In this document: positions 40,745 through 51,728 of the stretch, piece after piece
Layout: every line of letters starts with the position of its first letter
How positions within the stretch are numbered: the stretch's first letter is position 1
Assembly (NCBI GenBank): GCA_023396615.1
Contig: JAEWVM010000009.1
Span: forward strand, 966-64,965
Reading direction: 5' to 3'
Source of the DNA: Spirochaetota bacterium
GTDB lineage: Bacteria; Spirochaetota; UBA4802; JAFGJZ01
Length of the DNA: 64,000 nt
The notes under the pieces: generated by a model
Databases searched by the model: none
What the model saw: the letters and a program-made list of their open reading frames with translations, nothing else
Told to the model about the DNA's origin: nothing
Position numbers and translations under genes: made by a program

Positions 40745-41980
40745 ATGAAAAAGTTTTTTTTGTGCTTATTTATCACTTTTCTTTATGCCTCTCTTTACCC
40801 GCAAACACCGGTTAAGGCAGTTATATATTCATTTCAAAATCAGACAGAACAGCAGAAATATTCATACTTTTCAGAAATACTTCCGCATAGCGTATCAAAA
40901 GAACTTTCACGCCTTAACTACTTAACAGAAATGGAAAACGTTTCAATACATCCGGAACCTCCGGCTTCTGCTGAATATGCTGAAAAACTTAAAAAAATAT
41001 CTGAAGAAAAAAACGCTGATTATGTTATAACCGGTTCTTTTGCAGTATCAGGTAAAAACCTTACTGCGAAATCGCATATTTATATCAGAAGAACCGGACG
41101 CATTTTTGAATTTTCATCAGAACAGGAAACCGGGCCGTACATATCTAAGATAGTGAATGAAATATCAGAAAAAACGGCATATTATATCGACAGATACATT
41201 CCGAGAATGACCGAAGAACCTGAATTTGATCCCAAGAGCAAAAAATTCGAAAAGAAAGGTTTCGTAAAGCTAATAGCCCGAAAAGAAGATTCAGTAATTT
41301 ATTACACAACCGACAAATCAACACCTGATCCTGAAAAAAATAAAACTACAAAAAAATATTCTGAGCCTATTCCAATATACAAAAAGACGACCATAAAAGC
41401 TATTGCACTGCGCGAAGGCTGGTTCCCGTCATCGGTTGCCAGCGAACAGTACTCACTGACAAATCAATACTCTAAATTGCACATTATTTTCTCGGCAGGT
41501 ATTCCTGTTTTTACAGGAGACTGGTCAAAAGAATTAAGCCGAAACGATAACCGTACTTTTTCTCTTAAAGCTGATTTAGGTCTGATAGAAAACGTATATT
41601 TCCGTTTTGCATATAATACACTCGCAGCAAAACCTGACGACAGCACGCTCGGTATCAAATACAATCTTTACGGCGGATCAATAGGATTCGTATATCAGTT
41701 TAAATTCGGCGAGTATGTCAGACTTAAACCTCATGCCGGCGCAGGATGGTTTTACGGATATATCTCTCCGGATGACGGTTTTACAAAATCTCTGTTTTTA
41801 AAATCAAAAGATTCCGGCGACAGTACCGATGGTTTCTACGGAGAGCTTTCAGTTTCAGCCGGAATAGCAATAGGTCATGTTGAGTTCGGAGTAATCGCAG
41901 GCTATTCTTTTTATCGGCTTGAGAATGATGATGACATGAATATTCATAGTTATTCATTTTACACAGCACTCAGATTCTGA
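40745..41980 (+). CDS. Outer-membrane protein with chitobiase/beta-hexosaminidase C-terminal-type (CHB_HEX_C) domain and C-terminal beta-barrel
   Basis: Signal peptide; ...SVIYYTTDKSTPDPEKNKTTKKYSEPIPIYKKTTIKAIA...; alternating-hydrophobic strands; terminal ...YTALRF. Confidence 0.45.
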   Translation: MKKFFLCLFITFLYASLYPQTPVKAVIYSFQNQTEQQKYSYFSEILPHSVSKELSRLNYLTEMENVSIHPEPPASAEYAEKLKKISEEKNADYVITGSFAVSGKNLTAKSHIYIRRTGRIFEFSSEQETGPYISKIVNEISEKTAYYIDRYIPRMTEEPEFDPKSKKFEKKGFVKLIARKEDSVIYYTTDKSTPDPEKNKTTKKYSEPIPIYKKTTIKAIALREGWFPSSVASEQYSLTNQYSKLHIIFSAGIPVFTGDWSKELSRNDNRTFSLKADLGLIENVYFRFAYNTLAAKPDDSTLGIKYNLYGGSIGFVYQFKFGEYVRLKPHAGAGWFYGYISPDDGFTKSLFLKSKDSGDSTDGFYGELSVSAGIAIGHVEFGVIAGYSFYRLENDDDMNIHSYSFYTALRF

Positions 41981-41988
41981 CAAAGCAA

Positions 41989-42017
41989 TTGACGTTTTTC
42001 AAAACAGTATGTATAAT
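41989..42017 (+). promoter_or_regulatory. sigma70-type promoter of clpB
   Basis: TTGACG-17 nt-TATAAT (41989-41994 and 42012-42017). Confidence 0.65.
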
Positions 42018-42022
42018 TATAT

Positions 42023-42050
42023 AAAAAGCTCTCCTCCCGGGGAGCTTTTT
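42023..42050 (+). terminator. Symmetric hairpin (A5-stem-T5) between the clpB promoter and RBS
   Basis: AAAAAGCTCTCC-TCCC-GGGGAGCTTTTT, an 8-bp stem. Likely terminator of the upstream OMP gene and/or a 5'-terminal stem-loop of the clpB mRNA. Confidence 0.5.
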
Positions 42051-42066
42051 ATAAAGGGGATGCCTC

Positions 42067-44652
42067 ATGAGAATGGATAAACTTACTATTAAAGCCCAGG
42101 AAATTATCGCAGATGCCCAGGAAACCGCTACAAAAAATAATAATCACGAAATTCAGCCGATTCATCTTCTTTCGGCGGCAGTGAACCAGAAAGGCGGCAT
42201 CTTTCAGTCACTTTCTCAAATTATTGGAGCTTCAACTCAGCTGGTATCAGAAGAAGCCGATAAATACATTTCAAAATTACCGAAACAAATCGGAGCCGGT
42301 CCCGGCGGCGGACAGATGTCGCAGAAAATGAATGAAGTTTTAAGCAGTGCATGGGACGAGGCACAGAAACTTAAAGATGAATATCTCAGCAGTGAGCACA
42401 TCATAATAGGTCTTTCCGCAGTAAAGGATACTCCGGCACATTCAATACTTTCATCGCACGGATTTACAAAAGAAAACATACTGCGCGCACTTTCGGAAAT
42501 CAGAGGCTCAAAACGCGTAACAGACGAGAACGCTGAAGACCGCTACAAATCACTTGAAAAATATGCAAAAGATCTCACAAAACTTGTTCAGACGGGAAAA
42601 CTTGATCCGGTAATAGGACGCGACGAAGAAATCAGGCGGGTGATGCAGGTATTAACACGCCGGACAAAAAACAATCCGGTTCTAATCGGAGAACCCGGAG
42701 TCGGCAAGACCGCCATTGTCGAGGGTCTTGCTCAAAGAATCGTTGCGGGTGACGTACCGGAAAACCTGAAGGGCAAACGTCTCATGTCGCTTGACATGGG
42801 GGCTTTGATTGCCGGCGCAAAATTCCGCGGTGAATTTGAAGAAAGACTTAAAGCTGTAATTGACGAAGTTGAAGAAAGCGAAAATACCGTAATTCTTTTT
42901 ATCGATGAAATGCACACCCTCATAGGAGCAGGAGCCGCAGAAGGTTCAGTTGATGCTTCAAACATGCTGAAACCCGCTCTCGCAAGAGGCGAACTGCGCT
43001 GTATCGGAGCTACAACGTTAAACGAATATCAGAAGTATATTGAAAAAGATAAAGCTCTTGAACGCCGTTTTCAGCCTGTATACGCTTCTGAACCGTCGGT
43101 TGACGACACCATCGCCATTCTCAGAGGCTTAAAAGAAAAATATGAAGTACATCACGGAGTAAGAATTGCAGATTCGGCAGTTGTTGCCGCCGCAATTTTA
43201 TCAGACAGATATATTACAAACAGATTCCTTCCTGACAAGGCGGTTGATCTTATTGATGAAGCGGCATCATTAATAAAGATGGAAATTGATTCCATGCCGC
43301 TTGAAATTGATGAAATAGAACGCAAAATCCGTCAGCTTACAATTGAAAAAGAAGCTGTAAAAAAAGAGACCGATAAAGCAAGCAAGGCTCATCTTGATAA
43401 AATCAATGAAGAACTTGCTAATCTAAATGAAAAGAAAAACATCCTTGCATCCCACTGGCGCAAGGAAAAGGAAATCATTTCTTCAATCAGAAGAGCAAAA
43501 AGCGATATCGAGTCACTCAGACTTGAAGAACAGAAACTTGAAAGGGAAGGCAATCTCAATAAAGTAGCCGAAATACGTTACGGAAAGATTGTCGAACTTG
43601 AGAAGTTTCTCACTCTTCAGCAGTACGCCCTCGCCGATGTTCAGAAAGAACAAAAGCTTTTAAAAGAAGAAGTAACAGAAGAAGAAATCGCATCCATTGT
43701 TTCACGATGGACAGGGATTCCTGTCAATAAAATGCTTGAAGGCGACAAAGAAAAGCTTATCAAAATGGAAAAAATTCTTGAGCATCGCGTCGTCGGTCAA
43801 CACGCCGCTATCAGCGCGTTATCTGACGCAGTACGCAGATCACGTTCGGGTCTACAGGATCCAAGCAAGCCGATTGGTTCATTTATCTTTCTCGGTCCAA
43901 CAGGTGTCGGTAAAACAGAAACAGCAAAGGCAATAGCTGAATTTCTTTTTAACGACGAAAAGGCCGTCGTAAGAATCGACATGAGTGAATATATGGAGAA
44001 GCATTCAGTCGCAAGACTTATAGGTGCGCCTCCGGGATACGTCGGATACGATGAAGGCGGACAGCTTACGGAAGCAATCAGAAGAAGACCTTACGCGGTT
44101 GTGCTTTTTGACGAAATAGAAAAAGCACATTCGGATATATTTAACATATTTCTTCAGCTCCTCGACGAAGGACATTTAACGGATTCGAAAGGACGAAATG
44201 TTGATTTCAAAAACACACTGATAATCATGACTTCCAACATTGGAACCTCGTATATTTCGGACACTTCAATAAAAGAAGAAGAACGTTATGCCGGTGTCGA
44301 ACAGGAACTCAAGATGAAATTCAAACCCGAGTTTCTGAACAGGGTGGATGAAACTATAATTTTCAATCCTCTGTCTAAAGACAACATCGGCGACATAGTA
44401 AAACTTCAGCTTTCGGAATTCGCCTCCAGAATTAAAAAGAGCCATGGAATAGAAATGGAAATAACTTCAAAAGCTCTCAAGTATCTATCTGAGAACGGAT
44501 ATGATCCTAATTTCGGAGCGAGACCTCTCAAGCGTCTTATTCAGAAAGAAATATTAAACAAACTTTCTGTTAGAATTCTTTCGGGCGAAATACTGCCTGA
44601 ACATAAAATTAAAATTGACTTCACCGACGAAATTACTATAAAGAGCCAATGA
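42067..44652 (+). CDS. clpB: Chaperone/disaggregase ClpB
   Basis: Two AAA+ modules (GEPGVGKT and GPTGVGKT Walker A), a long middle coiled coil, and the RRPY sensor. Confidence 0.95.
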   Translation: MRMDKLTIKAQEIIADAQETATKNNNHEIQPIHLLSAAVNQKGGIFQSLSQIIGASTQLVSEEADKYISKLPKQIGAGPGGGQMSQKMNEVLSSAWDEAQKLKDEYLSSEHIIIGLSAVKDTPAHSILSSHGFTKENILRALSEIRGSKRVTDENAEDRYKSLEKYAKDLTKLVQTGKLDPVIGRDEEIRRVMQVLTRRTKNNPVLIGEPGVGKTAIVEGLAQRIVAGDVPENLKGKRLMSLDMGALIAGAKFRGEFEERLKAVIDEVEESENTVILFIDEMHTLIGAGAAEGSVDASNMLKPALARGELRCIGATTLNEYQKYIEKDKALERRFQPVYASEPSVDDTIAILRGLKEKYEVHHGVRIADSAVVAAAILSDRYITNRFLPDKAVDLIDEAASLIKMEIDSMPLEIDEIERKIRQLTIEKEAVKKETDKASKAHLDKINEELANLNEKKNILASHWRKEKEIISSIRRAKSDIESLRLEEQKLEREGNLNKVAEIRYGKIVELEKFLTLQQYALADVQKEQKLLKEEVTEEEIASIVSRWTGIPVNKMLEGDKEKLIKMEKILEHRVVGQHAAISALSDAVRRSRSGLQDPSKPIGSFIFLGPTGVGKTETAKAIAEFLFNDEKAVVRIDMSEYMEKHSVARLIGAPPGYVGYDEGGQLTEAIRRRPYAVVLFDEIEKAHSDIFNIFLQLLDEGHLTDSKGRNVDFKNTLIIMTSNIGTSYISDTSIKEEERYAGVEQELKMKFKPEFLNRVDETIIFNPLSKDNIGDIVKLQLSEFASRIKKSHGIEMEITSKALKYLSENGYDPNFGARPLKRLIQKEILNKLSVRILSGEILPEHKIKIDFTDEITIKSQ

Positions 44653-45257
44653 AGTCATGCAAACAATTAAGCTCCGCGGGATTATTTCTTATTTTTCTTC
44701 TGTCATTTTCAGGATGCTCCGAAGAAAAATTTACTCCCGCAGAGTTCGATCCAATAATCAACCTTAATGCTCCGGCTAAACAGAACCAAGGCTCATTTGT
44801 TTTCGACAATAAAGCATCGTTTAATTTGCCTCAGGGCATGGAACCCGTCACAGGCAAACTTCTCATTGAAGCTAAAAACGCCGTCAAAAAAAATGAAACA
44901 GAAAAATTTCAATCCGAAATCAGAAACGTATGGATAGATAAAAAAGAAAATATCCTGATGGTTTTGTCCGTCCCGTCTTATTTTTACAGCAATGATGATT
45001 TTGCTATTTCGAGTGATATAATACAAAATTACAAAGATAATATCGCAGGCGCTAAAGTGCACCGCGATTTCAATTCTTCTACGTCTTTCAATATTCTTCA
45101 AATAGCTGTTGAAATCCGAAGCATAATCCTTTACAAATTCATTATATACTCACCTGAAGTAAAAATGGAACTTTCATTTATAATTCAAAAAGATAATTTT
45201 TTCAGGAACAGGTCGCATATCAGCGGTATAATAGAATCCGTTCAGCTTCAAAGATAA
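44649..45257 (+). CDS. Lipoprotein, unknown function
   Basis: Lipobox [13 protein letters not shown] overlap with clpB. Confidence 0.45.
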   Translation: MKSCKQLSSAGLFLIFLLSFSGCSEEKFTPAEFDPIINLNAPAKQNQGSFVFDNKASFNLPQGMEPVTGKLLIEAKNAVKKNETEKFQSEIRNVWIDKKENILMVLSVPSYFYSNDDFAISSDIIQNYKDNIAGAKVHRDFNSSTSFNILQIAVEIRSIILYKFIIYSPEVKMELSFIIQKDNFFRNRSHISGIIESVQLQR

Positions 45258-45886
45258 CCCTCTTCTTTCATGCTTAAAAATGAATCTTCACAAACAATTA
45301 GATGATCAAGAAGAGGTATGCCGACAATTTCACCGGCATTTGCAAGACGCTTCGTCGCGCGGAGATCCTCTTCTGATGGTTTCAATGAACCTGATGGATG
45401 GTTGTGAGCAACGATAATCGAACTTGCCGATTCTTTTATCGCTTCTCTGAATATTTCTCTCGGATGAATTATCGTCTGTGTAACCGTCCCGCGCGATATG
45501 GATGAAAATTTTAAAACCTGGTTTCTGTTATTTAAATTGATTACCATAAATTCTTCCTGAGGCAGACACGCCGAGTGCGGCAGCAGATACTTCCACACCT
45601 TGTACGGAGTATCTATTATTTCACCGATATTTTTTCCGTTTGTTATGCGTCTGCCCATTTCAAGAGCGCACTGAATTCTTACGGCTTTTGCAAGACCGAC
45701 GCCTTTCAGCATTGCGAGCTCACGAAGACCGGATTTCCGGATTCCATGAAGCCCCCTGCACTTGTTATAAACATCAGCCGCGAGATTTATTACATTTTTG
45801 CCGCTTGTACCGGTATTTAAAATTACCGCTATCAATTCAATATCAGACAGGGTTTTTACTTCACAGCCGTTAAAACATTTCTGCAT
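45248..45886 (-). CDS. radC: RadC-family JAB/MPN-domain protein
   Basis: ...LSDIELIAVILNTGTSGKNV... HhH region and HNHPSG JAMM motif. Probable start at M10 of the track ORF. Confidence 0.8.
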   Translation of the reverse strand: MQKCFNGCEVKTLSDIELIAVILNTGTSGKNVINLAADVYNKCRGLHGIRKSGLRELAMLKGVGLAKAVRIQCALEMGRRITNGKNIGEIIDTPYKVWKYLLPHSACLPQEEFMVINLNNRNQVLKFSSISRGTVTQTIIHPREIFREAIKESASSIIVAHNHPSGSLKPSEEDLRATKRLANAGEIVGIPLLDHLIVCEDSFLSMKEEGYL

Positions 45887-45969
45887 AGGCAAATGAATAT
45901 TTGATTGATCCATACCAGCTCCTTTTTATTTTGACAAATCTACTACCTTATACGAAAATAATTGCTGTT

Positions 45970-46707
45970 ATGGACAAAATAAATGAAATAATTTGCCTAG
46001 ATATAGGAAATACCAACACAAAATGCGCCGTTTTCACCGAGTACGGCGAAGAAAGTCTTTTTCTGTCATCGGAAAACAGCGCTTTATCCCAGCTGCTTGA
46101 AAATCTGCCTAAAATTAAGTTTCTGGCTTATTCCTGTGTTAATCCTTTATTTGAAGAAAGTGTAATTTCATTCTGCGAGAATAACAAAATAACCATGCTT
46201 AAAATAAGCGACATGCTTCATCTTGGATTTACAAACATGTATAATTCAACAGCCGGAGCAGACAGACTTGCAAACGCGGCAGCAGCTTCGGCAATTTTTC
46301 CGGATGATAATGTTATAGTTGTAGATGCCGGCAGTGCAATAAATATTGAAGTCATAGAATCATCCATCTTCAGAGGCGGAGTGATTCTCCCCGGCATATG
46401 CACGGCATTTGCCGCTCTCACGGAAAAAACTGCAATGCTGAAAAAACTCAAATATTCCAAACCTTCATCTATAATCGGGAAAAACAGCTCTGAAAATATA
46501 TCATCCGGAATATTCTACGGTACAATCGGTGCTTTAAAATACATTCTTGACGAAATAAGCCGTGAAAGCGGAAAAACATACAAGGTTGTTCTAACAGGCG
46601 GAGACGCTGAACTTATAAGCGGATCAATCGATTCTGATCTGACAGATAGATTGTTCACACTCAGAGGTATTAAATTCCTTGCTGATCAAAATCTAATTAG
46701 TATTTAA
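45970..46707 (+). CDS. coaX: Type III pantothenate kinase
   Basis: ICLDIGNTNTKCAVF phosphate-1 motif and ASKHA fold. ATG at 45970; the track ORF starts upstream in frame. Confidence 0.8.
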   Translation: MDKINEIICLDIGNTNTKCAVFTEYGEESLFLSSENSALSQLLENLPKIKFLAYSCVNPLFEESVISFCENNKITMLKISDMLHLGFTNMYNSTAGADRLANAAAASAIFPDDNVIVVDAGSAINIEVIESSIFRGGVILPGICTAFAALTEKTAMLKKLKYSKPSSIIGKNSSENISSGIFYGTIGALKYILDEISRESGKTYKVVLTGGDAELISGSIDSDLTDRLFTLRGIKFLADQNLISI

Positions 46708-46717
46708 AGAGGTCAAT

Positions 46718-47101
46718 ATGTTCTGTAGAGAATGCGGAAAACAAATTTCAAATAATGCTTCGATTTGTCCCGGATGCGGAGTAAGTGCCGGCAATGGATC
46801 AAATTTCTGTCCAGGTTGCGCTTCCGAACTGGAAGCCGGTTCAGAATTCTGTCGAAAATGCGGAACAAAACTGCTTAAAGCAACAAGATCAAAACTTGCA
46901 GCCGGTCTCCTAGGCATCTTTTTAGGAAGCTGGGGGATTCACAGATTCTATCTCGGTTACATAAACATCGGGGTAATCCAGATAGTCGTAACATTCATCA
47001 CTTGCGGAGTCGGCGGGTTATGGGGCTTCATCGAAGGAATACTTATTCTTTGCGGAAACACTATTACAACCGATTCAGAAGGCAATCCGCTTAGCGAATG
47101 A
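46718..47101 (+). CDS. Zinc-ribbon plus TM2-domain membrane protein
   Basis: Three CxxC pairs at the N-terminus; GIFLGSWGIHRFYLGY TM2 signature. Confidence 0.65.
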   Translation: MFCRECGKQISNNASICPGCGVSAGNGSNFCPGCASELEAGSEFCRKCGTKLLKATRSKLAAGLLGIFLGSWGIHRFYLGYINIGVIQIVVTFITCGVGGLWGFIEGILILCGNTITTDSEGNPLSE

Positions 47102-47121
47102 AAGACTGCAAATGCAGTCTT
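47102..47121. terminator. Hairpin between convergent genes
   Basis: AAGACTGCA-AA-TGCAGTCTT perfect inverted repeat. Confidence 0.5.
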
Positions 47122-47137
47122 CATTCACTAAATAGAC

Positions 47138-48670
47138 TTACCTGTTAATTAGTCCTTTTACTTTGCTGCCGGCTTTACTTTTTGCCTTATCAGTCTGTTT
47201 TGCGGCTTCCTTTTTTGCTTTATCCTTCGCCTTATCTTTAGCGGCATCGATTACTTCTCCGCCCGCTTCTTTTACGGCATCCTTGATAACATCATCAATT
47301 GAAGAGAGTTTCGGTGAAACGAGATCTGCATTAGGTTTAGCAACATTTCCTTTGATTTTTTCTTTCAGGAATATTTCACCCTTATCATTCAATAGAGGCT
47401 TCAAAGCTATGTCTGCAATTTTAGCAGGTGTAACAAATTTAGCGGCTTTACCCTTAATTGCTTTTGAAGCGAGAGATTCAATGCGTTTCTTAACAGTTTC
47501 AGCATGCTTCTTTGCAATGGAAAGATCGGCATCAATATCAACAACTGAACTTGCTATATTCATGCTTCCTTTAAACAAAAGAGTATAATCATCATTTGCA
47601 ATCTTGCCGTCTTTGAAAGAAACAACGTTATTCTTATAATGAGCCGAAACGAATCCGTTTTTCCAGTTAATTTCTTTTTTAAGAAAATCAAATTTTCCGG
47701 AATACTTCGAAAGCTGTTCGACATTAATCATTTCATTGAAAATCTGAAGCCCTGTAATAGTTCCATAAGGCGATCCGACACGGAGAGTGATTTCAGGATT
47801 CAAAATGCGGGTTGACTTGTCGAAAGGAACAGCATTACCTGTAACTTCAAAGCCGATGTCAAACGACTCAACGCTTCCTGATTTAGGTCTGCTCACAGTT
47901 TTAATTCCGCCGGAAACAACAAATACGGCATTGTCTTTATTCATAAGATCTGAAGGATCAATTACTATATCATGAACCTTCGCAGTAACTTTATAAAGCA
48001 TAAGACTCTGACCGCTTGCCTGATCGTAAAAACTTATTTGCGCATCCTGAAGCCCTATTGAACCGATATTTACAGCAACCGGAATATCATCCGCTTTCAC
48101 CGGAGCAGAATCCTTTGGTTTGTCTTCAGGAGAAACTTCTTTTTCTTTTTGTGATTTATCTTTTTTTGCCGGAACAAGAAGATCAGAAAAGTTAAACATT
48201 CCGTTTTTGTATCTGATTATGTTTATTTTAGCTGAATAAAGCATTACCTCGTTTAAAACAAACTGCTTTTTAAGAAGCGGAGGAATAGAGAGCTTAAACT
48301 TGAATGAACCAAGCGCCGCGAAAACATCATTTTCCCCAATAGGTTTCCCTTTTAATGACTTCAACTGCTCTTCTGTTTTAAAATTTGAAACCTTAACATC
48401 TTTGACTTCAATGCCGCTTACCGCAGAAAAAATACTGCTGTCAAATGAAGCAACACGAACCTGACGGTGTAGAACATTTTCAAGCTGTGATTCGACAAAA
48501 TCTTTATCAACGATAATATAAACCGCAATTAGGATTCCGGCAAATAACAGAATAAAAGAACCGAAGATTACCGCTAATACTTTTAAAAGCTTTGATGAAC
48601 TTTTTGACTTTTTAGCAGAAATAATTTTTTTTGGTGAACTTTTTTTAACTGGTTTAACTTGCTTTTTCAT
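47138..48670 (-). CDS. AsmA-family outer-membrane biogenesis-like protein
   Basis: Basic N-terminus plus TM, then a long beta-rich periplasmic region. KDKAKDKAKK-rich C-terminal tail. Confidence 0.5.
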   Translation of the reverse strand: MKKQVKPVKKSSPKKIISAKKSKSSSKLLKVLAVIFGSFILLFAGILIAVYIIVDKDFVESQLENVLHRQVRVASFDSSIFSAVSGIEVKDVKVSNFKTEEQLKSLKGKPIGENDVFAALGSFKFKLSIPPLLKKQFVLNEVMLYSAKINIIRYKNGMFNFSDLLVPAKKDKSQKEKEVSPEDKPKDSAPVKADDIPVAVNIGSIGLQDAQISFYDQASGQSLMLYKVTAKVHDIVIDPSDLMNKDNAVFVVSGGIKTVSRPKSGSVESFDIGFEVTGNAVPFDKSTRILNPEITLRVGSPYGTITGLQIFNEMINVEQLSKYSGKFDFLKKEINWKNGFVSAHYKNNVVSFKDGKIANDDYTLLFKGSMNIASSVVDIDADLSIAKKHAETVKKRIESLASKAIKGKAAKFVTPAKIADIALKPLLNDKGEIFLKEKIKGNVAKPNADLVSPKLSSIDDVIKDAVKEAGGEVIDAAKDKAKDKAKKEAAKQTDKAKSKAGSKVKGLINR

Positions 48671-48721
48671 AACACCCCTTTTTCCGTATTAAATAAAATA
48701 AAAGCAATAAGGTCAAGCGAA

Positions 48722-51112
48722 TTATAGAGAAGGATCTTCCGGCCAGTTATGTTTCGGATAACGGCCTTTCATTTCTTTGCGGACTTCGATATAGCTGTTT
48801 TTCCAGAAATTTTTGATGTCGCTTGTAACCTGAACCGGTCTTCCGGCAGGGCTCAAAAGATTCATTACAAGCGGTTCGCCGCAGACAAGCGGATTTTCCT
48901 TCACACCGAACAGTTCCTGAATACGTAAAGATACGGATGCTTTTTCCGAAGAATAATCTATTCTTTTACGTTTGCCCTCTTTGAGCGATATGAACTCGGG
49001 AGCATATTTATCAAGCCGCTTTATAAGTTCATAACCGACATGAGCCGACAGAGCGGAATAAATATTATCCTGCGGAAAGACTGAATTTGATTTGAAATCC
49101 GCATAATCAGCAAGCCAATCACAAACATTAGTTTTAAGTTTTGCCGAACTGAAATCAGAATATTCATCTACTCTACGAGAAACATAATCAAGTCTTTCAA
49201 TAAGCTGTCTGCAGTCATCCCCCAAAGATAATGAATCCAATCCATCTTTTTTCAGTTTCTTGATTGCTTCTGTCTTCAGAACTGAATAATCAACATCACT
49301 CAAAGCGCAAGGATGTTCCTCAACGGGCATCATGCCTATCATTTTTTTGCGGAACGCCGAACACTGCCAATTGTTCCATCTGATTTCATATTTCAAAGGA
49401 GCAGTACGGATAATAGTGTCAATAAGCTCTTTTTTTATTTCGGTATAAAGCAAAATGTGATTTCCGGCAGAAGTTTCCGTAAGCGGCGCAACGATATACT
49501 GCGGTCCGGATGAATATAAAACCGCCTGTTTTCCGAGAGAAAGCATGTAGTGAGTATTTTTATCGGTTCGGATTTTTCGTCCGATTCTATCCGGATAGGC
49601 GGAAATCAAAAGTTTTGAAGAAAAAGAAGCATCGACTTTCGATAATTCGCCTTTGATTCCCATTCTCTCACAAAGCTTTTCGAATTCAGAAACAATTCTT
49701 GAATATTTATTCTTATTATTAATTACATCTTCTATTAAATAATCAATATCAGCTGTAATATTTCCGTAAGAGCGAAAATCATCGGACAATAATACCGCAA
49801 GAAGTACAGCAGTCTGTTTTTCCGGCTCATCAGATTTAACTATCATGGATGCCAACCGGGGATGAACAGGCAATGACACAGCGAACTTTCCGGTTTCAGT
49901 TATGACATCATCATCGCTGATAAATCCAAGACCGCGTAGAAGATTAACAGCCTCGGATAGAGCTGATGCCGGAGGTTTTTCCGGAAAATTTAAACTCATA
50001 TCGGCAAGAGAACCCCACAACGCATTTTCAAGAGCAAAGGTTGAAAGATCAGAAGATAATATCTCCGAAAGATCATGCGGCATTTTGTAGTTTTTTTCAT
50101 TCCAGTACCTGTAAGCAATGCCCGGAGCTACACGTCCGGCTCTTCCGGATCTCTGCGCCGATGATGATGCTGAACTCTCAAGAGTAATCCGATGATTCAT
50201 CCCGCTTTGCGGATTATATCTAAGCTTGCGCACTAATCCGGAATCAACAACCGCTCTCACTGAATTTATTGTTATGCTTGTCTCCGCGACATTCGTTGAA
50301 AGAATAACAGCCTGTTTCTCTTTCAGCGTCCGTTTTACCACTGAGGATTGTTCTGCAGGAGACATACTTCCATGAAGAAGAAATATTTCTCCATTATAAC
50401 TTCCGCTTCTGAGTCTCTCTTCTGTGCGTTTCATTTCTTTCAATCCCGGAAGAAAAACAAGCACATCCCCTTCTCCGTCAAGATCACGGAGAGCTGACGA
50501 GATCAATCTGCAAATTCCGTCTTCAAGATATTCATTCTTTTGAGGCGGCATATATTTTAATGAAACCGGAAAACTTCTTCCTTCAACATTAACTGAAGGC
50601 CAGTCTGACAAATATCCGTTAAATGAATCCGCGGAAAGCGTCGCTGACATAAGAAGAATTTTCAGATCATTTCTTATCAGCGTTTTCGCGTCTATAAGAA
50701 ATGCAAGCGACAAGTCGGAACTTATACTCCGCTCATGAAATTCATCTAGAATCACAGCATCAATTCCGCCGAGAGAAGGATCTGACTGAATCATGCGGAG
50801 AAAAACCCCGTCCGTAACAACTTCGATTTTTTCTCCGCGGATTTTGTCAAAGCGCGTTATGAGTCCGACTCTGCCGCCGGGTTTCTCGCCGATCAATGAA
50901 GCAATTCTCTCGGCACAGCTTCTTGCTGCAAGCCGCCTCGGCTGGGTTACAATAATTTTACCCGGTATTTTTTCAGAAACGGCAAGAGGAACGAGGCTCG
51001 TTTTCCCGGCTCCTGCAGAAGCCTGAAGAATAAGATTTGACTCTTCCAGAAGACGGGAACATATCTCATCCAGTCGCGGAAAAACGGGAAGATTTCTGAC
51101 TTCATCATTCAT
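48722..51112 (-). CDS. hrpB: ATP-dependent RNA helicase HrpB
   Basis: AGAGKTS Walker A, DEFHERS (DEAH-box variant), SAT, HA2 and C-terminal HrpB domain. Confidence 0.85.
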   Translation of the reverse strand: MNDEVRNLPVFPRLDEICSRLLEESNLILQASAGAGKTSLVPLAVSEKIPGKIIVTQPRRLAARSCAERIASLIGEKPGGRVGLITRFDKIRGEKIEVVTDGVFLRMIQSDPSLGGIDAVILDEFHERSISSDLSLAFLIDAKTLIRNDLKILLMSATLSADSFNGYLSDWPSVNVEGRSFPVSLKYMPPQKNEYLEDGICRLISSALRDLDGEGDVLVFLPGLKEMKRTEERLRSGSYNGEIFLLHGSMSPAEQSSVVKRTLKEKQAVILSTNVAETSITINSVRAVVDSGLVRKLRYNPQSGMNHRITLESSASSSAQRSGRAGRVAPGIAYRYWNEKNYKMPHDLSEILSSDLSTFALENALWGSLADMSLNFPEKPPASALSEAVNLLRGLGFISDDDVITETGKFAVSLPVHPRLASMIVKSDEPEKQTAVLLAVLLSDDFRSYGNITADIDYLIEDVINNKNKYSRIVSEFEKLCERMGIKGELSKVDASFSSKLLISAYPDRIGRKIRTDKNTHYMLSLGKQAVLYSSGPQYIVAPLTETSAGNHILLYTEIKKELIDTIIRTAPLKYEIRWNNWQCSAFRKKMIGMMPVEEHPCALSDVDYSVLKTEAIKKLKKDGLDSLSLGDDCRQLIERLDYVSRRVDEYSDFSSAKLKTNVCDWLADYADFKSNSVFPQDNIYSALSAHVGYELIKRLDKYAPEFISLKEGKRKRIDYSSEKASVSLRIQELFGVKENPLVCGEPLVMNLLSPAGRPVQVTSDIKNFWKNSYIEVRKEMKGRYPKHNWPEDPSL

Positions 51113-51119
51113 TTCTGAA

Positions 51120-51728
51120 TCAATTCTGCCTTATTGATATTTTCCTGTCATGAATGATAATTCTGTCTTCACAGAAATATTTTACGGCAAGCGGATATAT
51201 TTGATGTTCTTCTTTTAAAATCTTTGCACTCAAAGACTCTTCCGTATCATCGTCACTTACAGAAACTGCGCTTTGCAGAATTACCGGACCGGTATCGGTT
51301 CCTTCATCAACAAAATGTACGGTACATCCGGCTATTTTAACACCGTAATCAAGAGCCTGTTTCTGAGCATGAAGCCCCGGAAAAGAAGGAAGCAGTGCCG
51401 GATGAATATTCATGATGCGGTTTCTGAATTCATTTATCAGATAAGGAGAAATGATTCTCATATAGCCGGCCGCACAAATGAGATCGGTAGAATGCGAACG
51501 CAATATCGAACACATCCCGGCTTCATATTCTTCTTTTGAAGAATAGCTTTTCGGATTTACAAAAAAATACGGAATACCGAGAGAGCGCGCCGTTTCAAAA
51601 GCCTTTACTCCGTCGACATTGGAAATAAGAACACCGTTTTTAGCAGAAATATAACCTGACTCGATACTCTCGGCAATCGCTTTGAAGTTTGAACCGCGGC
51701 CTGATACAAGATAAGAAATTTTCTTCAT
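51120..51728 (-). CDS. purN: Phosphoribosylglycinamide formyltransferase
   Basis: SGRGSNFKAI N-terminus and ...NIHPALLPSF... folate-binding motif. Confidence 0.85.
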   Translation of the reverse strand: MKKISYLVSGRGSNFKAIAESIESGYISAKNGVLISNVDGVKAFETARSLGIPYFFVNPKSYSSKEEYEAGMCSILRSHSTDLICAAGYMRIISPYLINEFRNRIMNIHPALLPSFPGLHAQKQALDYGVKIAGCTVHFVDEGTDTGPVILQSAVSVSDDDTEESLSAKILKEEHQIYPLAVKYFCEDRIIIHDRKISIRQN

